Assembly: GCA_041640455.1 (NCBI GenBank)
Contig: JBEQAF010000018.1
Coordinates: forward strand, 1-28,817
DNA length: 28,817 nt
Origin: a bacterium
GTDB lineage: Bacteria; CALINM01
Direction of reading: 5' to 3'
Part shown: one piece after another, positions 27,060 through 28,817 of the stretch
Numbering within the stretch: the stretch's first letter is position 1
How the letters are laid out: each line of letters starts with the position of its first letter
The notes under the pieces: generated by a model
Seen by the model: only the letters and a program-made list of their open reading frames with translations
Told to the model about the DNA's origin: nothing
Database searches by the model: none
Made by a program: the position numbers and the translations under genes

Positions 27060-27688
27060 TTGGTTATTATCTCAAGTGCTTTCTGTGCCAGATTATGATT
27101 CATTATTTTTACATTCTGAAGAAACTCTGATACAAAGTTTTCAGAGCTTGTATCTGTTACAACTTTTAAAATAAGGGCATCTATCCTGTTTTTTAAAGCA
27201 GTCTTAAGGATAGATGCCCCTTCCCAGTCTGCAACAGATATACCCTGTCTGTGTAACAGCTCCTTTTTATCTTTTGTGTCTACATTGGAGTCTGCTGACC
27301 CCAGAATGCCCATTTTTATACCATATTTTTCAGAAAGGTAGAGAAATTTTCTGTTTGCCTGAAGATTTGGTGTTCCCAGTTTGAGACTTTTAAAGTCATA
27401 CTCAATAACTGCGGCAGGTAAAACTATGTCTCCTGTTGAAAATCTGGGACAAACACCACCGCAGGAGCCTGTATTAACTATCAGATCTATGTTAAAACGG
27501 TCAATAAGGAACTGGGTGCAGGCGGCTGAATAGGATTTTCCGAGCCCGGAAACAGCAAGAAAAATTAGTTTATTATCTTTCTGGGCTTTAAAAACCTCAA
27601 AGGGCTCATCAAGTATTTTTTCAAAACTTAACTCTTCAAAGTATCCTTTAGCCTCTCTTTTTAGAGCTACTATGATTCCTATTCTCAA
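27047..27688 (-). CDS. MTA/SAH nucleosidase-like protein (PNP_UDP_1 family)
   Basis: IGIIVALKRE, SGLGKSYSA, IVNTGSCGG, DWEGASI, KVVTD; TTG start overlapping the upstream TGA; 13-nt convergent overlap with amtB. Confidence 0.82.
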   Translation of the reverse strand: MRIGIIVALKREAKGYFEELSFEKILDEPFEVFKAQKDNKLIFLAVSGLGKSYSAACTQFLIDRFNIDLIVNTGSCGGVCPRFSTGDIVLPAAVIEYDFKSLKLGTPNLQANRKFLYLSEKYGIKMGILGSADSNVDTKDKKELLHRQGISVADWEGASILKTALKNRIDALILKVVTDTSSENFVSEFLQNVKIMNHNLAQKALEIITNYHP

Positions 27689-28743
27689 CTTTTTACCCTT
27701 TCATCCATCAGTCTCTTTAATTTTTTAGTTGTCATGGATACACCAAATAGTTCCTTCCAAACATCTTCATTTTCCATACAAAGATAAACAAACACATCTC
27801 TTGCCCTTCCTCTTATCATATCTAACATCTTTCTGTAAATATTAACACGGGTCTTTCTGAAATACCTTTTTTTGCCATCCAAACCCATGATAAACTCATG
27901 TTTAAATATTTCTGTATGCGGGTGAGCTTTTTGGGCAATATCTTTTAGGGCAGGAATATATCTTAAAATTCCCATGCTTATCCAGACAATCTGTTTTTCC
28001 GATACCCTGTCAAAAAGATAGTCTATGGTCTCTTTATAATCCTTTTCCCAGCCCTGATATTCGATAATGGGGTCAAAATGAAAAGAGAGATAGAAACCCT
28101 TTTCTGAAAGCATTTTTGCCAGATCTATGCGGTCTCTTACTGGCGAGGTGCGTAGCTCCTCCCTTTCCCATACAGAAGGACTGTTAAGGCTAAAAGAAAA
28201 TATAAGATTTTTTTTGCTATAGTTTAGAGCTAATTGAGGGATCTTATCTGATTTTGTTTTAAGCTCAAGAAAAATATCTTTATTTTTTGAAAAAAAATCC
28301 AGCAGTCTTTCGAGGTAAAAATCTGTAACAGGCAGGAAAAGACTGTCTGAGAACTCCCCGGTTCCCAATCTAACTATGCCTTTACCTTTAATCCTCTCAA
28401 GCTCTTTCATCATATCCTCAATATTTACGTAAACTTTTATGTTTCTATCTTTAAAGTAGGCTTGCAGGATACAGTAAGTGCAGTCAAAGGGACAGTTTTC
28501 CACCGGCGATATGATGTAATAACCACAGCAGATATACTTTGGTGTTCCAGGACAGGGCTCCAGGAATCTTCCTTTTTTCAGCTGGAAGATAATGTTATTT
28601 TTACTATCGGTCTTAACCTCCGATTGGTTTTCTATGATTTTAAATGGTAGCCCTGTCTTTTCAAGATAATCTTTACAATAGGGGATAGCATCTTTTAATA
28701 CGTATAGATTATAGTTTAGATAGTCCTGAATATCTCTTCCCAT
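27685..28743 (-). CDS. Spore photoproduct lyase-like radical SAM protein
   Basis: NCPFDCTYCIL (CX3CX2C), RLGTGEFSDSL, ELKTKS, SFSLN, FHFDPII, YLCME. Confidence 0.88.
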   Translation of the reverse strand: MGRDIQDYLNYNLYVLKDAIPYCKDYLEKTGLPFKIIENQSEVKTDSKNNIIFQLKKGRFLEPCPGTPKYICCGYYIISPVENCPFDCTYCILQAYFKDRNIKVYVNIEDMMKELERIKGKGIVRLGTGEFSDSLFLPVTDFYLERLLDFFSKNKDIFLELKTKSDKIPQLALNYSKKNLIFSFSLNSPSVWEREELRTSPVRDRIDLAKMLSEKGFYLSFHFDPIIEYQGWEKDYKETIDYLFDRVSEKQIVWISMGILRYIPALKDIAQKAHPHTEIFKHEFIMGLDGKKRYFRKTRVNIYRKMLDMIRGRARDVFVYLCMENEDVWKELFGVSMTTKKLKRLMDERVKS

Positions 28744-28817
28744 GTATCCTTTTTTTCCTCAAGATTATTGGTAAGTCGTAAGAGGTGGTTTTTTAGCTCA
28801 TTGGCAGATGAAAATGT
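28716..28817 (-). CDS. C-terminus of an upstream gene (truncated by window edge)
   Basis: Open frame TFSSANELKNHLLRLTNNLEEKKDTWEEIFRTI* ending at 28716 and overlapping the radical SAM start by 28 nt; too short to assign. Confidence 0.55.
   Translation of the reverse strand, partial: TFSSANELKNHLLRLTNNLEEKKDTWEEIFRTI

Noticed and set aside
1118..28650. Other short ORFs nested in or antisense to long genes (for example 1629-1943, 6277-6699, 14933-15361, 25159-25455, 26339-26683)
   Set aside because: Shadow frames of well-supported genes with no independent SD or motif evidence.

Overview
AT-rich bacterial chromosome window (my estimate is about 35-38% GC; gene content suggests a diderm, Desulfobacterota/Nitrospirota-like anaerobe, which is inference only). 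It opens with the conserved rpmI-rplT-pheS-pheT-ihfA-merR-tRNA-Pro(GGG) block. Next come a YtnP-like MBL hydrolase and a tandem-Cache histidine kinase/NtrC-type sigma54 regulator pair, followed by its probable target: a sigma54-type promoter with two GCA-N4-TGC boxes driving a 71-aa Cys-rich protein and an OFA-family MFS transporter. Then follow a TPR-CHAT lipoprotein, a frameshifted histidine-kinase remnant, a stand-alone gltB, pcm-hypothetical-coaBC-small Cys protein, lemA-DUF2207, an inverted surE and an IS3-family remnant. The right end holds a LexA/UmuD-hybrid plus Y-family polymerase cassette with a perfect 16-bp palindrome inside its promoter, a sigma54-type amtB without glnK, and an SPL-like radical SAM/MTAN-like nucleosidase operon. 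The best candidates for a new system are the self-regulating LexA/UmuD-hybrid mutagenesis cassette and the Cache/sigma54 small Cys protein-transporter module. No CRISPR array, prophage or intact mobile element is seen.
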